Part shown: in pieces, positions 39,735 through 52,732 of the stretch | Layout of the letters: every line of letters begins with the position of its first letter | How positions within the stretch are numbered: the stretch's first letter is position 1 | Origin: Phoronis australis | Taxonomy: Eukaryota; Animalia; Phoronida | Assembly (NCBI GenBank): GCA_002633005.1 | Contig: NMRA01000190.1 | Coordinates: 372,001-436,000 of the forward strand | Direction of reading: 5' to 3' | Length of the DNA: 64,000 nucleotides | Translations under genes and position numbers: made by a program | Notes under the pieces: generated by a model | What the model saw: the letters and a program-made list of their open reading frames with translations, nothing else | The model's database searches: none | Told to the model about the DNA's origin: nothing

Positions 39735-40420
39735 TTCAACAATAATTCAAACAAGGAGACAAAATAGATGTATCTCCGACGAAGCTTCTGCTTCAATTGT
39801 CAACATGCACAAATGACAGCGGCTTTAAATGATGGTAACAGGATGCTTGGAGCAAACATCTGCAAAAACATCTTCAACTCCAACAAAGTTTTGGAAATTC
39901 GGCGCCATCTTCTTGACCTACTTCGGGTAATCTTCAAAAAACATCAATCTGTCAATAAATGCTCAAAATTATCCTTAAAACTAAAATACTGTCAATTAAT
40001 AACTAAATTTAATTGTGAAAGTGTAACAAATGTTTACTTTATTGAACATGTGAAGTAAAAATACTTTACAATTGAGGATATTTCGGCCATTTTCTTGACC
40101 TAATTTTGAAGTAAAGCAGCAGTTTGGTACTGAATATTCTTTGTGAGAAAATAATTAGGCCTACGTGTGAAAGCAAAATGAGATCAAGATCGTGAACAGG
40201 TTCGTCAGAAATATCAAGTCGTTTCATTCAGAAGTGCTGTGATGCCTCTAGTTTTTTGTCGTGAGCTACGTGCTAAATGGGAATAAAGTTAGGCTCTCTA
40301 CCACGTTCCGCGTGCTGCCATCTATCTGTCTGGCGTCATGTGATGACGATGCCTGACGATTGGTGGCAGTGACGCGAGCGAACACGCAACGCCATACACT
40401 CGGTAGAGCAAATGAGAGTG

Positions 40421-41019
40421 TAGACAGTGATCACCTTCTCTAGCTGGCCTAGTAGATACGGTGTCTATAGGAGCTTCATACGTCGGAAGCTTTTCGGCGA
40501 ATTATGCCTTACACTGCCAATGTCTCTGACTAAAACATCAAAGTCTCGTTGTTATATTATAACTTATAACTACTTTTGTGCATAGAGCCATAAAGGGACA
40601 CCTTAGGTCCTTAGGAGGCTTTCAACTCGACGAAATACTCCTGTTATCAAACTTTTTCTTCAAGCAACCCCTCATTCAGTTCTCAAAGTCGGTAACTTGC
40701 CATTTTTAACACTTCGTGCGGCAGGTGTTATGACGTCATATCCCCTAGCTTGCGCAGTGTAAATGGTGAGTTAATGATTTTGGGAACTGAACGAGGGACT
40801 GCTCAATGAAAAAGTTTGACAACGGAAGTATTTTGTGGAGTTGGGAGGAATTAAAAACATCCACTGAGCCTCCTAAGGTGTCCCTCTATGCGCTAAAAGG
40901 TATTTGTAACGTGACTTTGTTGTTTTAGTCAGTTTGAGGCATAATTCGCTGAAAAGCTTCTGACTTATAGGAGCTTCACTGTCTCTACTAGAGCAGCTAG
41001 AGACGGTGATCACTGTCTA
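40421..41019. mobile_element. ~600-bp foldback (palindromic) MITE between PKMYT1 and MFAP1
   Basis: TAGACAGTGATCACC...GGTGATCACTGTCTA. The arms pair imperfectly along their whole length, e.g. AAGCTTTTCGGCGAATTATGCCT / AGGCATAATTCGCTGAAAAGCTT and GGGACACCTTAGG / CCTAAGGTGTCCC. Confidence 0.85.
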
Positions 41020-41420
41020 ACGAGAACGTGGCTTCTTCCTGTGGTTGGCTGCATTGTTTATCTTGGCTATATGTTTATACAGCTTTGCACTGATGTTGTT
41101 AAAAAACTGGCTGAATAAAATCTGACTCATAATCAATTGCAGTGAAAACAGCACTCTTCCTTCAGTATATTGAATTAGTAACTGGTGCTAAAGAAATGCT
41201 GTTATGGTTAGTCTGCTGCAAATTGTGGAGCATGATGATGCGCCGCTTTCAGCCCCATGAAATCGGGGTCACTTATTGGCCAGTTTCTTTTTCCGTGATT
41301 TTTAAATCAACTGTTTTTCTTTCACATGGTTGCGTACATGTCACAACAAATTATAGTTTTGGGTATTTTAATTCTTGCAAACTGAATTCCTGAACAAATA
41401 TTGCTTTGGCGAAGTTGTCG

Positions 41421-41466
41421 TCTCCCGAGAGTTGTCGCGAAAATTTTAACAAATGGCGCATGCGCG
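41421..41466 (+). promoter_or_regulatory. Putative MFAP1 promoter motifs (NRF1-like GCGCATGCGC overlapping YY1-like AAATGGCG)
   Basis: TCTCCCGAGA at 41421 and AAATGGCGCATGCGCG at 41451-41466, about 100 bp upstream of a candidate first exon ending AAG|GTGAGT (41576). Confidence 0.5.
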
Positions 41467-41819
41467 TTTCATGAGCATGCTGTTTTCAAGTCCATGACAG
41501 GCTTATAGAGAGTTATGCAAGAAAATGGTGTCTATTAGATTGTTTTTCATGTTTAAAAATGGATGCAACAGACAAGGTGAGTATCAGACTTTGCATGCAC
41601 TCCGCCAGTTGTTAGATGGACTTATGTTAGTTGGGCGCCAATGTTAAAAATTCCGTCATCACGGAGACTTGAACTGGTGTTCCCTGTGTGGAAGTTGAGC
41701 ATTCAAAGCGTTCAGCCAAAAGAGGTTTTTTATGTCCGTAAGTCAAGTGGCAACAAAATGGGTAGACAAAAATGTAAAAGTTTTGAGACATGTAGTTGAG
41801 ATATCAAAATATAGAAAAA

Positions 41820-42150
41820 GACTTAAGTGGAATTTGCTTACTTGAGTTAGCGATGTTTCTGTCACCAACTTCAGCTTGACTAGTTGTGTTACTATCGTTG
41901 TGGCCAATAGGTGGCGTTTTAGCCAGACGACGTGGCATCGAGGTCAGGATACAATCCAGTATGTTTGACTGTTGGAATCTTACTTCACCCTGTTTGCTTG
42001 AGGAGGGGCACTCGTGCAAAGCTTGTTTGACACCCCCTCTGAACCAATCTTCCTCACAGTCTATAATAGAGACATCACCAGTATCAAAATCATGTATGGT
42101 GACCGCTATTTTTAACCACTTGTGAGCCACCGAAATTCCATTGCAGTCAA
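41820..42150 (-). mobile_element. Penelope-like retroelement remnant (GIY-YIG endonuclease C-terminus)
   Basis: HDFDTGDVSIIDCEEDWFRGGVKQALH..PS....RF..SNILDCILTSMPRRL matches the Penelope pattern HxFxxxxVxILDxExxWFxRGVKEAIx..PSLNR. Confidence 0.65.
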
Positions 42151-43220
42151 TATGCTCGGTGTCAAATAGGAACTGGGTTATGATGAGGTCACCCGTCTGC
42201 CAGCCACGCCAAGAGGCGGGGTGCTTGTCTACAGTGTGGGCTGGTTATTATGTTTGCTTGTCTCACTACATTAAATATTGGACTACTATATCCAACCAGT
42301 GCATGGTTTTGCCTTAATCTGCAAGCGTCTCCCTTTGCCTCCCTGTTTTGCGGGTAAAGAACTTGCAGAGTATAGTGGCACAGTTCATTTCCAGCTCTAG
42401 AGCTATCTTTATTGTATATTAGCAAAGAAGTAAAATAGCTTGCGTGCCGTGCTTGTGTTAACTTGGTTCACAGTTCAGTAATTCCCAACGTTTTGCTAAT
42501 ATGTAATGTCAGTACATGTATGGTTATCCTTCTTCTTGTAGATTGAGGAGAAACCAGACCCTGGTTGGATACATTAGTTCACCCCTAGTAACTACACCAA
42601 ATCGGATGTAAACTGTATGATGTTTGTCCATTCGCTTACACTGACAAAATAGTTCAAACCAGCAAAATTCAGCAAAAATTTGATGCTTATGCTACATTTC
42701 TGAACGATTTGGATTAGCATTTTGACCAACGTTTTTTTTTTCTCAAACAGAAATTGGTGATATTCCAGCTACAACATTATTTCTAATGTATTTCCCACTG
42801 AGAAGCAGCAAGTGTTGATACCAAGATGGTGGACTCTCGTGGCTGACTTCAGTATGGTCTCTGTGCCCATTGTTAATTATAGCTTCGAGATTTGCTGTGC
42901 AAATAATGAGCTGATGACTCGTTCTCAAAAGTTTTGCCTAACAGCTGTCATCAATGTATGTTTCCAATCATATCGGTCGAGCTTCAAGTCATGATTATGA
43001 CATGCACTGTTACACATGAGCTATTGTGAGTCTCTTTTTAGGATTGTTGATGACGTCGACTGCGCATCTGACTTCATTGATGTTGCTCAAAAATCAATCA
43101 ATTCAAGGACTCGAGATCTGTTAACACTAAGAGCACAGAATACTGAACAGCAAAAACACCATATTTTTTTCCTAGACATCTTATTGTTTGTGCCATCAGC
43201 TCCCCATTACAACAGTCATC

Positions 43221-46200
43221 ATGGCAGGAATAGTCAGTAAGGCACCTATCCAGTCCACAGCAGGTGCTATTCCTATGAAAAATGATAAAGGTAAGACTTT
43301 TTGTACATCCAGTTGAATTCCAGCCCAGTGTTGCAAATGACACTTTTATCAGTCAATCACTGATATACAATCTTGACCAGAGGGGACAAGGGTGTCTAAA
43401 AATGAATAGGAGTCTCTCTATAGTCATTCATTGGAGCAATACAATCACGACTGAGGAGGGGGGGGGGTGAATGTCCCTTGAACCCCTCTGTATGCATGGC
43501 ATAAGTTCATGCAACTTCTTGATCCAGCTACATGTACTTAAATTCTAGATCCAGTTGCATGTACATATAACAGCCATGTGAGTGACGTTGCCATTATTGA
43601 ACAATGCTTTCTACATCATGTAGATATGCAATTTATCAAAGGGATTAGTTTAATGCTTCTTAGTCCTTTTCATTTGTCTTGATTCCAGTGAATGCTTCTT
43701 GTACTCCAGAGCAGCTTTGCTTCACAAGAGGTATTTGCAGTCTGTGAATTTTGTGAGTTAGACAAAACTGGAGATTTATTTTAGAGACATTCAAGTGGCG
43801 CGTTTCATTAGCTAGATTTTACGATCAAGTCAGAAGTGGATGAGATTCATTTTGCTTTATAGACATAAAAAATTGTTTTTTGCAGGAGAGGTGTACATGC
43901 AAAAGGTCAAAGTAAGCCGATATGTTCCTGGTAAAAGGTAAAGTATTAGGTCTACTGAATAAGATGAATAGTTAAATTGAAAAACATAAGATGAAGCCAC
44001 CGACTTGATTTTCGAAAAAAAAAACAGAGACCAGAACCAGCTATGCTTTTTGGACTTACTGTATGTTACAAAATTGGCGTCAACTTGTATCTTACCTAGA
44101 TTAGAAGTGAGTTCTGGGTTTAGTAAGAATTGTCGAATCATTGTTTCTGAAAATTTGAAAGGTGGAATTCACCGGTCGTTATAAATTTCATTTACCGAAA
44201 GAAATCTGGGTATCAGTCGAATAGGACATAAGCGATTCTATGACCAAACGCAAGATGTAGTAACTGGTAATGACTAGCTTTTGCATTTGTTGTTTAATTT
44301 GAGGTGAGAAAGCTTGAAGAGGATTTGGGTAGCTCTTTTCTCAAACATGTTTCTACTCTCTCTGCAACTACTCACATGTGTTGTGACCTAGCAGTGCATT
44401 GATGATATACCAATGCAGAATGTCGCCTTTCTTGTGTTGCTTTCCCATCAGCAAAACTGTCCTATTGTGAATTCATTGTGACTGCCCTTTCCATTACTCC
44501 TCCTCAGTTGTGATGCAGGAGTTACCACTTGTTCTAAGGATTAAACACCTGATACGTTGATTCACACTCTTGACTCAATACATGTGTTGAATGCCATGAC
44601 TTCTAGTGATTACTTCCATCTCAGTGGTGTTGTGCAACTGCGCAGTTTAATCCACCTGTGTTGAGAGGAGTGGTGATGGCTGTTTAAGTCCAAGCATTGC
44701 GTTCCCTATTCACCAAAAGTCTGCAGAGCTGGGAAGTTGTGGTGTTGGTGGGAAAGCAACTCAAGAAAAATGCCCTATTGTTAATGTAAACAGTGCGTAG
44801 AGTGACCTTTCTGGAGAACAGTAATAACGTATGGCTTGTAAATGAGGTTAAAAGTTGACTAGTATGGCAACTATGGTGAATGAAGCCAATGAACGTAAAG
44901 TTAAGTCAACGAATTCAGATTTGGAAGAATCTGTTCATTTTTTAAAAAGTGCATGTTGTGCAAGAACACATTTTAGAATCAGAAACCTTCATCATCGCAT
45001 TTGTTGTTATTGTTTTGAGCCCCCATGTGCTGAGTAGTGAATTAATGCTTGGTTACTCGTTTGCTAGGCCTGACTACGCTCCGCAGGAGTCCAGTGATGA
45101 GGATGAGGACATGGAAGTGGAGTTTGGCAGGAAGAAGGCCCCACAAGTGGCGCTTCCTGTGGAGGAAACGGAAACTACACAGGTGGAAGACAGGCGTCTC
45201 CGGCGACTTCAGGAGCGGCCAAGGGAAGAGGAATCAGACAGGTTTATTTTTGTGTCTTCACTTGTTGGATCGTAAAATGGTCTGTAGTGCAGCAAAGTCA
45301 TCAAATTTAAGCTTTTGAATCAGGACCTTCTACCATAGATTTTTAATACCAGGATTTTCCATAGATAAGTCCACCTGATGAAACGCCCATAGGCATTTAT
45401 TCAGGAAATTATGCCAAATAAACACCCATGGGCACTTATTTGGTGTTACAACTTCTGGTATCAAGTGTCCAGATACTGGGCCGTTTATTCGCAAAATTTC
45501 TTTTTGAAAGCCCATTCCCAGTCAAATTTTTGCCACAAATTCAGTTTTGTGGAGCATTTATAATTTATAAAAACTAACAAGGTGTTGGTGAACTATGCAT
45601 TTATTAACACAAACATTTGAAAACATAGTTTTAAGTAAATAATCTCAAAGTCAACAAAACTATCAATTTCCCATATTCCGAATAAACGCCCGGGTGTTTA
45701 TTTGGTGTTACTAAAATGCCTGAAAACTTTCATTTTCCAAATACATGCCCATGGCCTTATATACGGAAAATCCCGGTATATTTTGTTGACTAAAAATATC
45801 GGACATTGTGGGCACATATCAACACTGTGTGATGCTGTAGTCATGTGTGATTGTAGACTAGCCCGACACAGACGTCATGTGGCTGAACCAGAGGTGCTGG
45901 GGAAGTCTGATGATGAGCAAATGGAGGAAGAAGAGGAAGAACTAGAGGTCAGGCGTAGGGTCGAGGCCAGCAGTGATGAAGAGGAGGGGGAGGAGCTAGA
46001 TGAAGAGGTGGGCTGTCAATCAATCATCTTGTCAGGGTGGAGTCACATGATAAGCACACTCTGTGGTCCCTTGTTGTTCATTTGGTAACTGAGCACATTT
46101 TAAACTATTGAGGGATTATGTGATAAAAGTTTTTATATGACTTTATATGAATGGTATGTTATTTAGATGTTTTGTTATTACTGAGCAATGATAAGTGAGG

Positions 46201-49200
46201 TTTTCCGTGAATGATGTTCAGACAGATATCGGACTTTGAGGCTGGTGATCATTTATCATCTGCCTGGTATGAATTCATGTCAATTAGAAGGGGGGTGTTT
46301 GCTAAATTATCGTGGCACATAGTTTATTTATATGAACTACGTATAAAGAGTGTCGTTGAATGTGAGTATGGTCTGTGGTCAATTTTACTTTTGTTGCTAT
46401 ATGATATTGTTATGAAAAGACAACATTATGTTCACAGTTGTGTGCTTGACTGGGCATACAACTTTAGTAAAAGGGGTGTCTATTATAGCCATATGTTTAC
46501 TTCCGCAGGAGATTGAGCGTCGGCGTAAGTTACTGCGTGAGCGAGCGCAGCAGCTGCAGAAACAGGAAGAGGTGATGGATTTGGAGGAGGAGAAGTCGGA
46601 AGGGGAGAGTGAAGAGGAATCTGAGTACGAGGAGTATTCAGACAGTGAAGAGGAGGAAACAGGGCCGCGGCTGAAGCCTGTGTTTGTTAGAAAGTGAGTT
46701 AATGTTGAGAGGGAGGGAGGGATTGTTTTGTGAGTGAGAGTGGGGAGTTGTGTGAAGAGTAGAAGGAGTGTACAGATAGTGGAACAGTAGGAAGGGGAAA
46801 CAGGGCTGCAGCTGAAGCCTGTGTTTGTTAGAAAGTGTGTTTGTGTTTAGAGGGAGGAGTGTTTGTTAGTGAGAGTGGGGAGGTGTGTCAGGAGTATGTG
46901 GAGTGTACGGGCAAAGTCTGTGTTTCTTAGTAAATGAGAGAGAAAACTAGCGGGTGCTTTTGCATGTTAGGCACTGGTTTAGTATGGTAAAGTGTGTTTC
47001 AGAGGCAGTGATGTTAGCATAAGATTGAAACTGTCGTGATATGCTGTGATTTTGTACAGTAGTATTTTGCGAATTGTAGAAAAGACCGTATTACGATTCA
47101 GGAACGAGAAAGGAATGAGCGTAAAGAACGAGAATTGGAGGTTGAGGCTAAGAAACTTGCGGAGGAAAGGAAACTCCAAGCCAGACGGGTAAACTTTTTG
47201 GAATGTCCAACAGAGAGGAAAACTGCTTGGAATTTTTTTAAAAATTATACTGAGGCCCTCAAATGTCATTAGGTGGTGCTAGTCAGTCGTAATTGCTATA
47301 TGTGTATAAGTGGACTTTTGATGCTTATTCAATGAATTCGTCCACATGCTGATTGTGACTTAAATGAAGTGTTTTAAAAGAGTTCAAATTTGCTTCGTAA
47401 AATCATGCACCTCAGGTGCCCATGGGGCCAGAAAATGTGGGGCCCAGGATCATCAGAAAACAAAGAAACGCAGTTGGAATAAAAACTTTTCTGGTGTTAA
47501 AGACTGGAGTGTGTCTGGAAGATTTTCAGCAATGGCCAATTTCCGGTATAGCGGTGACATGATAAAATACTTGTTATCGCTTGATGGCGATAGAGTTGTT
47601 AGTGGACTGTGCTCTACATTATTGTGGACTGTGCTCTACATTATTGTGGACTGTGCTTTACATTATTGTGTAAGGATGTAATGTTGTAGGTATTCTTAGA
47701 GTTATTTATAATTTTTTGTGCCATCAAAAAGCCACTGTTGTATGGTATATTCAACTGATTCACACAAAAATGTCCAATGTCTCAAAGTGTCGGTTAATGT
47801 AAGAGATTGTGTTTTTTGTCACAGTCACATCAGCCCACCTTGCACATTATTTGATGAAAGACGTTTTTGTGCTCTCAGAGTGCTTAAGACTTCCATGTCG
47901 TGTGTTTCGTTGATGACCTCACCTGCACTTTGAACTTTTGGCCCGTCGTAATGAAATGGTGCAGTTGTGGCCAAAACACATTTTAGTTTTAACTCTATGT
48001 AATACTATAGTAATGAAGGCACTCTCATGTTTTGAACTTCAGATGGTAGAGGATGTGGCAAGAAAAGAATTTGAAGACGAGAAAGTTGTGGCAGACGCGT
48101 GTGACCTGATAAATACAGACGACGAAAATGATGAAGAGGAGTATGAGGCATGGAAGTTACGTGAATTGAAGCGACTGAAGCGCGACCGTGAAGAGCGGGA
48201 ACAGTAAGTCAGAACTAGATTATCGACAGTATTAAATATTTTCTAAACATTCCGGAGCTGACCTGGGTAAAGCTCTGCTTTGAGTATCGCAAAAATTGGG
48301 ACGCACTCTCATGGTATTTCTGGACAACACCTTCAGAGCCCAGATCCGTGAGTAACTTAAGTGGTTGCAGCTTGCAGACATCAGAGAGTTGGACTTTGGG
48401 GAGAAGTACTCCTGCAGTTTCCACGGCTATTTTTCATTTCGCATTCTCTATTGATACACCGCTCATTAAGCTCACTACTTCTCAATGCATTATGAGGACG
48501 CTGCACTCGTGATTTATAGTATGCCCATGTTCTAAGTCCAGTTGCTGATTAAGCACCTCTAATTTCTCTTCTTCATTAAGATCAAGACTAAATCCAATTA
48601 AGAAGGTGTGTTTTGTGGAGAGCTGAGAAATTCTGTCGGGGGTCTTCAGAAGATTGGCTTGTGAAGAAGTAGACTCCAATCTGTGACCACACAGCTATGT
48701 ATCCATTACTTTAACCACTGATCACCTAGCACTGTCCCTCATTCTGTTGCTTTGTATCTCCCTTCACAAAGTAAATGAGTGTATTTGAGACAACTCTTTT
48801 GACAAACATGTCGAATGTTGCAGAATTGAGAAAGAGCGCCAGGATGTAGAGCGTCTACGCACATTGACGGAAGAAGAGAGGCGTGCCGACCTCAAGGCCA
48901 ACCCCAAAGTCATCACCAATAAGGCATCCAAGGGCAAATACAAGTTTCTTCAAAAGTACTACCACAGGGGCGCTTTCTTCATGGTAATAATAAAATGACA
49001 AATGTCAATTAGGCCAAGTCTCCTCTTGTGGAGTTTTGTTTTCATTGCAGTCTTCTCAGTTGGGGTTTTGTTGTAGTAGTCTAGAAACAAAACTAATAAA
49101 TGTGAAATTTTTAAATTGCTGTTAAATTTAGTACAGATGTTTCAAATGTGGGTTGATTAATATATGTTGTTGCTTTTGTTTAGATCACTTTATTCCTTAT

Positions 49201-50821
49201 TTCTGGACACACCATGGATATTGATGGTTAGAAGTGTTGCACCTATCAACATTTCAGTCTCTCGTGTCTTTCATTAACGTAGTACATTTTTCATAAGATC
49301 TGATGTTGATGTCCTGTGTGTGTTGAATTGATTCTAATCTCGAGGGATTTTTTTACATTCTCAGGGAATTTCTGGTGCTAGAGAGGGAAATTTTGTGTGG
49401 TGTGGCTTTTAAATGTTTTTAGAGAGGAATGAGGTCCCAATATTGAGGCGTTGAGGGCCCAGATATGTTGTTATTTACTGCCGATCGGTGTTCATCATGG
49501 TATTACTCTACAGGATGAAGAAGAGGACGTGTTCAAGAGAGACCACACAAATCCAACCCTGGAGGATCACTTTGACAAGACAATCCTTCCTAAAGTCATG
49601 CAGGTTGGTTCAATGTAATGTTGACCTTGTTAGTCTTCACGTTTATCACAATATGCAGGGTTCTCCTTGCATGTATTCAAACATGGAGCTGAGATATGTT
49701 TAGAAATATTGAACCATATTTGACTACCCCTGAGCAATGTTTGGAAATTCTGAGTAATGTAAGATATTTCTGGGCTATATTTTATGAGAAGATAAGTAAA
49801 TTATTGACACTGATAATTGACCTATTGCAAGCACTGCCCCCTTGCGTAATGTCGACTAATAAACAATAAGTTTTACCCGGCAATGTGTTGTCGGGTAAAA
49901 TGGCAGCTTGGAAACAAAGGTGTGTCAATAATGCTGCGTTCTAGATGGTCAGTTAAGCCGTCACTCAAAATCCTGGCGATAGGTCAATTCTAAGAGCAAT
50001 ATCATTTTAAGGTTGTGAAATCTGACTTGCTAGCACATACATTGGGCCATTTTGACAGTAATTAATGGGCAAGTCATATTTTATCAAAAACCAGTAGTGA
50101 ACAGTGGGTGGTACCATTATAGCTGAATTCGTTCGAAGGTCGATTGGTGTGGTCAGATCATTCCTGCCATATGTACCCAACAAGTTTTTATTCGTTAAGT
50201 TGCTTTTACAGTAGTCAGATGGCCAGGAATATTTGTCAAAAACTAAAGTGGCCAAGATTAATTGCTATTTTACCGGGATTTACTTCATAAGCCAACCCTA
50301 ACATGTATTAAAATGTTAATACCTGATCAGAGTTATCTCCACATGTTACCACCACCACCTGGGTATTTTCATCTTGTATAATGTGGGACATGAAAATCAA
50401 TGTCAAGTGATCATCTATGTTTGATAACTGGACTTCAGTTGTGCTGCTTTCCTTACTTATAATACATTATTCAGTCTCGATTTAAATTGGTTCTTTGCCA
50501 AACTATTTTTCCGATCGTACTCACAAAATCTCCATGTTGTTTGGCAAGTACAGCATAAGCTAATTCACGGTCTTTCCACCTGCCAACTGATTTTGGAAGT
50601 AACTGTTAAAAGTTGTCCCAAATAGGCATTCAATGTACTTCTTATTGCAGGTCAAAAACTTTGGTCGTTCTGGACGCACAAAGTACACTCATCTGGTGGA
50701 CCAAGACACAACGTCATTCGATTCCCCTTGGGCAGGTGACACTGTGCAGAACATTAAGACTAACTCTTACAGAGCGGGTATGAAACAAGTGTTTGTCAGA
50801 CCATCCAACAAGAGACAGTAG
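43221..50821 (+). CDS. MFAP1: Microfibrillar-associated protein 1 (spliceosomal B-complex protein)
   Basis: Exons 43221-43290, 43886-43937, 45068-45241, 45857-46007, 46509-46693, 47080-47188, 48043-48203, 48824-48983, 49514-49603 and 50651-50821. Motifs: [66 protein letters not shown] and [21 protein letters not shown]. An upstream exon at 41559-41576 could add an in-frame extension. Confidence 0.95.
45347..45778. mobile_element. TA-flanked MITE (Tc1/pogo-type) in an MFAP1 intron
   Basis: TACCAGGATTTTCCATAGATAAGTCCA / TGGCCTTATATACGGAAAATCCCGGTA form inverted termini. Confidence 0.7.
46655..46935 (+). repeat. ~141-bp tandem duplication of an MFAP1 exon 3' end and splice donor
   Basis: ACAGGGCCGCGGCTGAAGCCTGTGTTTGTTAGAAAGTGAG (46659) is repeated as ACAGGGCTGCAGCTGAAGCCTGTGTTTGTTAGAAAGTGTG (46800), with a decayed third copy near 46918. 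Confidence 0.8.
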
Positions 50822-50974
50822 ACATCATGGATGTGTGCAGTTATACACAGGCTATAGGAGTGGGCAAAATCTGTTCTTGTTGGAACCCAGGAAAGTTTGG
50901 AGCAAGATTGTTGTATCGTTCCGAATTATCAGACATTTTATCATGTCAATTGCATACCGTTCTCATCTTTGTGT

Positions 50975-51033
50975 TTGGACACTCCCATCTGTGTATTTGG
51001 GCACTTCCATCTGGGTATTTGGATACTCCCGTC
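50975..51033. repeat. 21-bp tandem repeat, about 3 copies, in the MFAP1 3' region
   Basis: TTGG(A/G)(C/T)ACT(C/T)CCATCTG(T/G)GTAT units. Confidence 0.7.
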
Positions 51034-52592
51034 CAATGTCCTTTTTCTCCAGTTTCTTTATTGTACGTGCTGTCTTTATTTTTGTCCTTTTGCTTCAGAA
51101 AATGTCTGAAATGTGGGACATTTAGAAAAATAGTAGTCAGCCATCGCGGCTCCTCTTGGCAGGAACCTTATTTGTGCAGTGTTGAAAACCTGACCAGATG
51201 TATTACGTTTGAAGGGACCGCTACCAAAGTATACAGACTCGTGAAGTCCAGTACCTATGGTATTGTAAACAGGTCTACTCTGGTGAGATTTATTGCCTTC
51301 TGAAGTGCAATGCTAGTGACTCGTTTTCCACGATCATCCCGTCACTTGCTAGATACAGTAAACCTGGCAGAAGTCAGACATACACAAGTGAGATTTTCAC
51401 TCAACTGGGACAAATTGTTCTAAGTTGTGCACTTGGGCCTTCAGATTTTGCCTCTCGCAGTCTGGTAAGGTCAGACTTGTCCGAATTTTACTGTATATGC
51501 AAAGAATGAGGGCATTTGTCTGCGTCAGAACTGAAATTCCTTGAATATTGCTGCCTCATCTCGTTCATCACTCTTAAGCTCAGAAGATCGTGCCCCCACT
51601 CTACAGAAAAAACACGAGTATTTCAGATGGGGTTTGCAAAACAAACAACCTCAAACATTGTATTTGCCCAAAAATGGATTTGCCCAAAAATCACTTCTTT
51701 CTTCAGAACGCAATTTTGGACATTTTTTGGTGAACAATTCGGTGTTAAAGAAAACCTGCTAGAGATCTCGTTTACTTGTGGATGTGTAAATTGATTGCCA
51801 TTGAATAAGAACATAACTCCATGTTAATGTATATTTTGCTTTATAATACAAGTTTTATAACAAAATACATCATTTCACCTGTGAACTTAGAATTCAAGTG
51901 CAAATAAAACCAGTAGTTTTACAGAAAGTCACAATTTACCTCTAAATGCACCACTGGCAATGTTCATTTCCAAGTCAAATTCACTTGACTTGAACTTTAC
52001 GTCGTTGCCAGAGTTACGGAACTTGGAATTGTTTTTCTCTACCTTAAGGCAGTTGACGAAATAAAATTCACTTACAGCAGCCTAAAATTGCCTTGTAACA
52101 AACAAAAAAACTTATTACATTGTCAAGCTAAACAATCGACACCATTGGCAGGAGTTAGGAATGGAAAAGGATGTTTTATTGCAAAAATATTGAGACCACA
52201 GCTTGCATGACAAGACCTAACTGAAAAATGCAGTTGTCATTCTTGGAAAACTTATATTTCAGCTCACACACTTAACAGACAACTGCTGCATTGAAGTAAT
52301 TCAGTGAAAAGTTGAACATAGGTATAGTTTCTGATTGGCTCATGATATCTGGCTGTTAAGTACATGTGACCCGCAATGCTAGAGCTGGAGGTCAGACAGA
52401 ACCATCAGTGTTTTGCACGAGGCATTTCATCAATCCAAATTGCTCAATGAGCAATTCAATGGCACTTTGCTATGTTTAAAAATTTCTGAACCAAATTTAA
52501 AACGTATTTGAACAAGTGAGCCCAACCATCACCAAAAGCTATCTAAATGTTTAGAAATGAAAGCTAAAAGTTTACAGCACTGAAATCTGTAG

Positions 52593-52732
52593 CTCAAAAG
52601 TCATCAGTTCAAGTATGTCTTCCAGTGACTGCATCTACTCAAAAGTCATCAGTTCAAGTATGTCTTCCAGTGACTGCATCTACTCAAAAGTCACCAGTTC
52701 AAGTATGTCTTCCAGTGACTGCAGCTACTCAA
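52593..52732. repeat. 45-bp tandem repeat, 3 copies, overlapping the FKBP3 stop codon
   Basis: CTCAAAAGTCATCAGTTCAAGTATGTCTTCCAGTGACTGCATCTA repeated; the last junction contains the FKBP3 TAG (52725-52727). Confidence 0.9.

Noticed and set aside
48215-48680. Short minus-strand ORFs in an MFAP1 intron as a retroelement relic
   Set aside because: No diagnostic reverse transcriptase or endonuclease motif was recognised.
50793-51303. Overlapping 110-158 aa ORFs after MFAP1
   Set aside because: They lie in the probable 3' UTR, overlap a 21-bp repeat and show no protein-family motifs.
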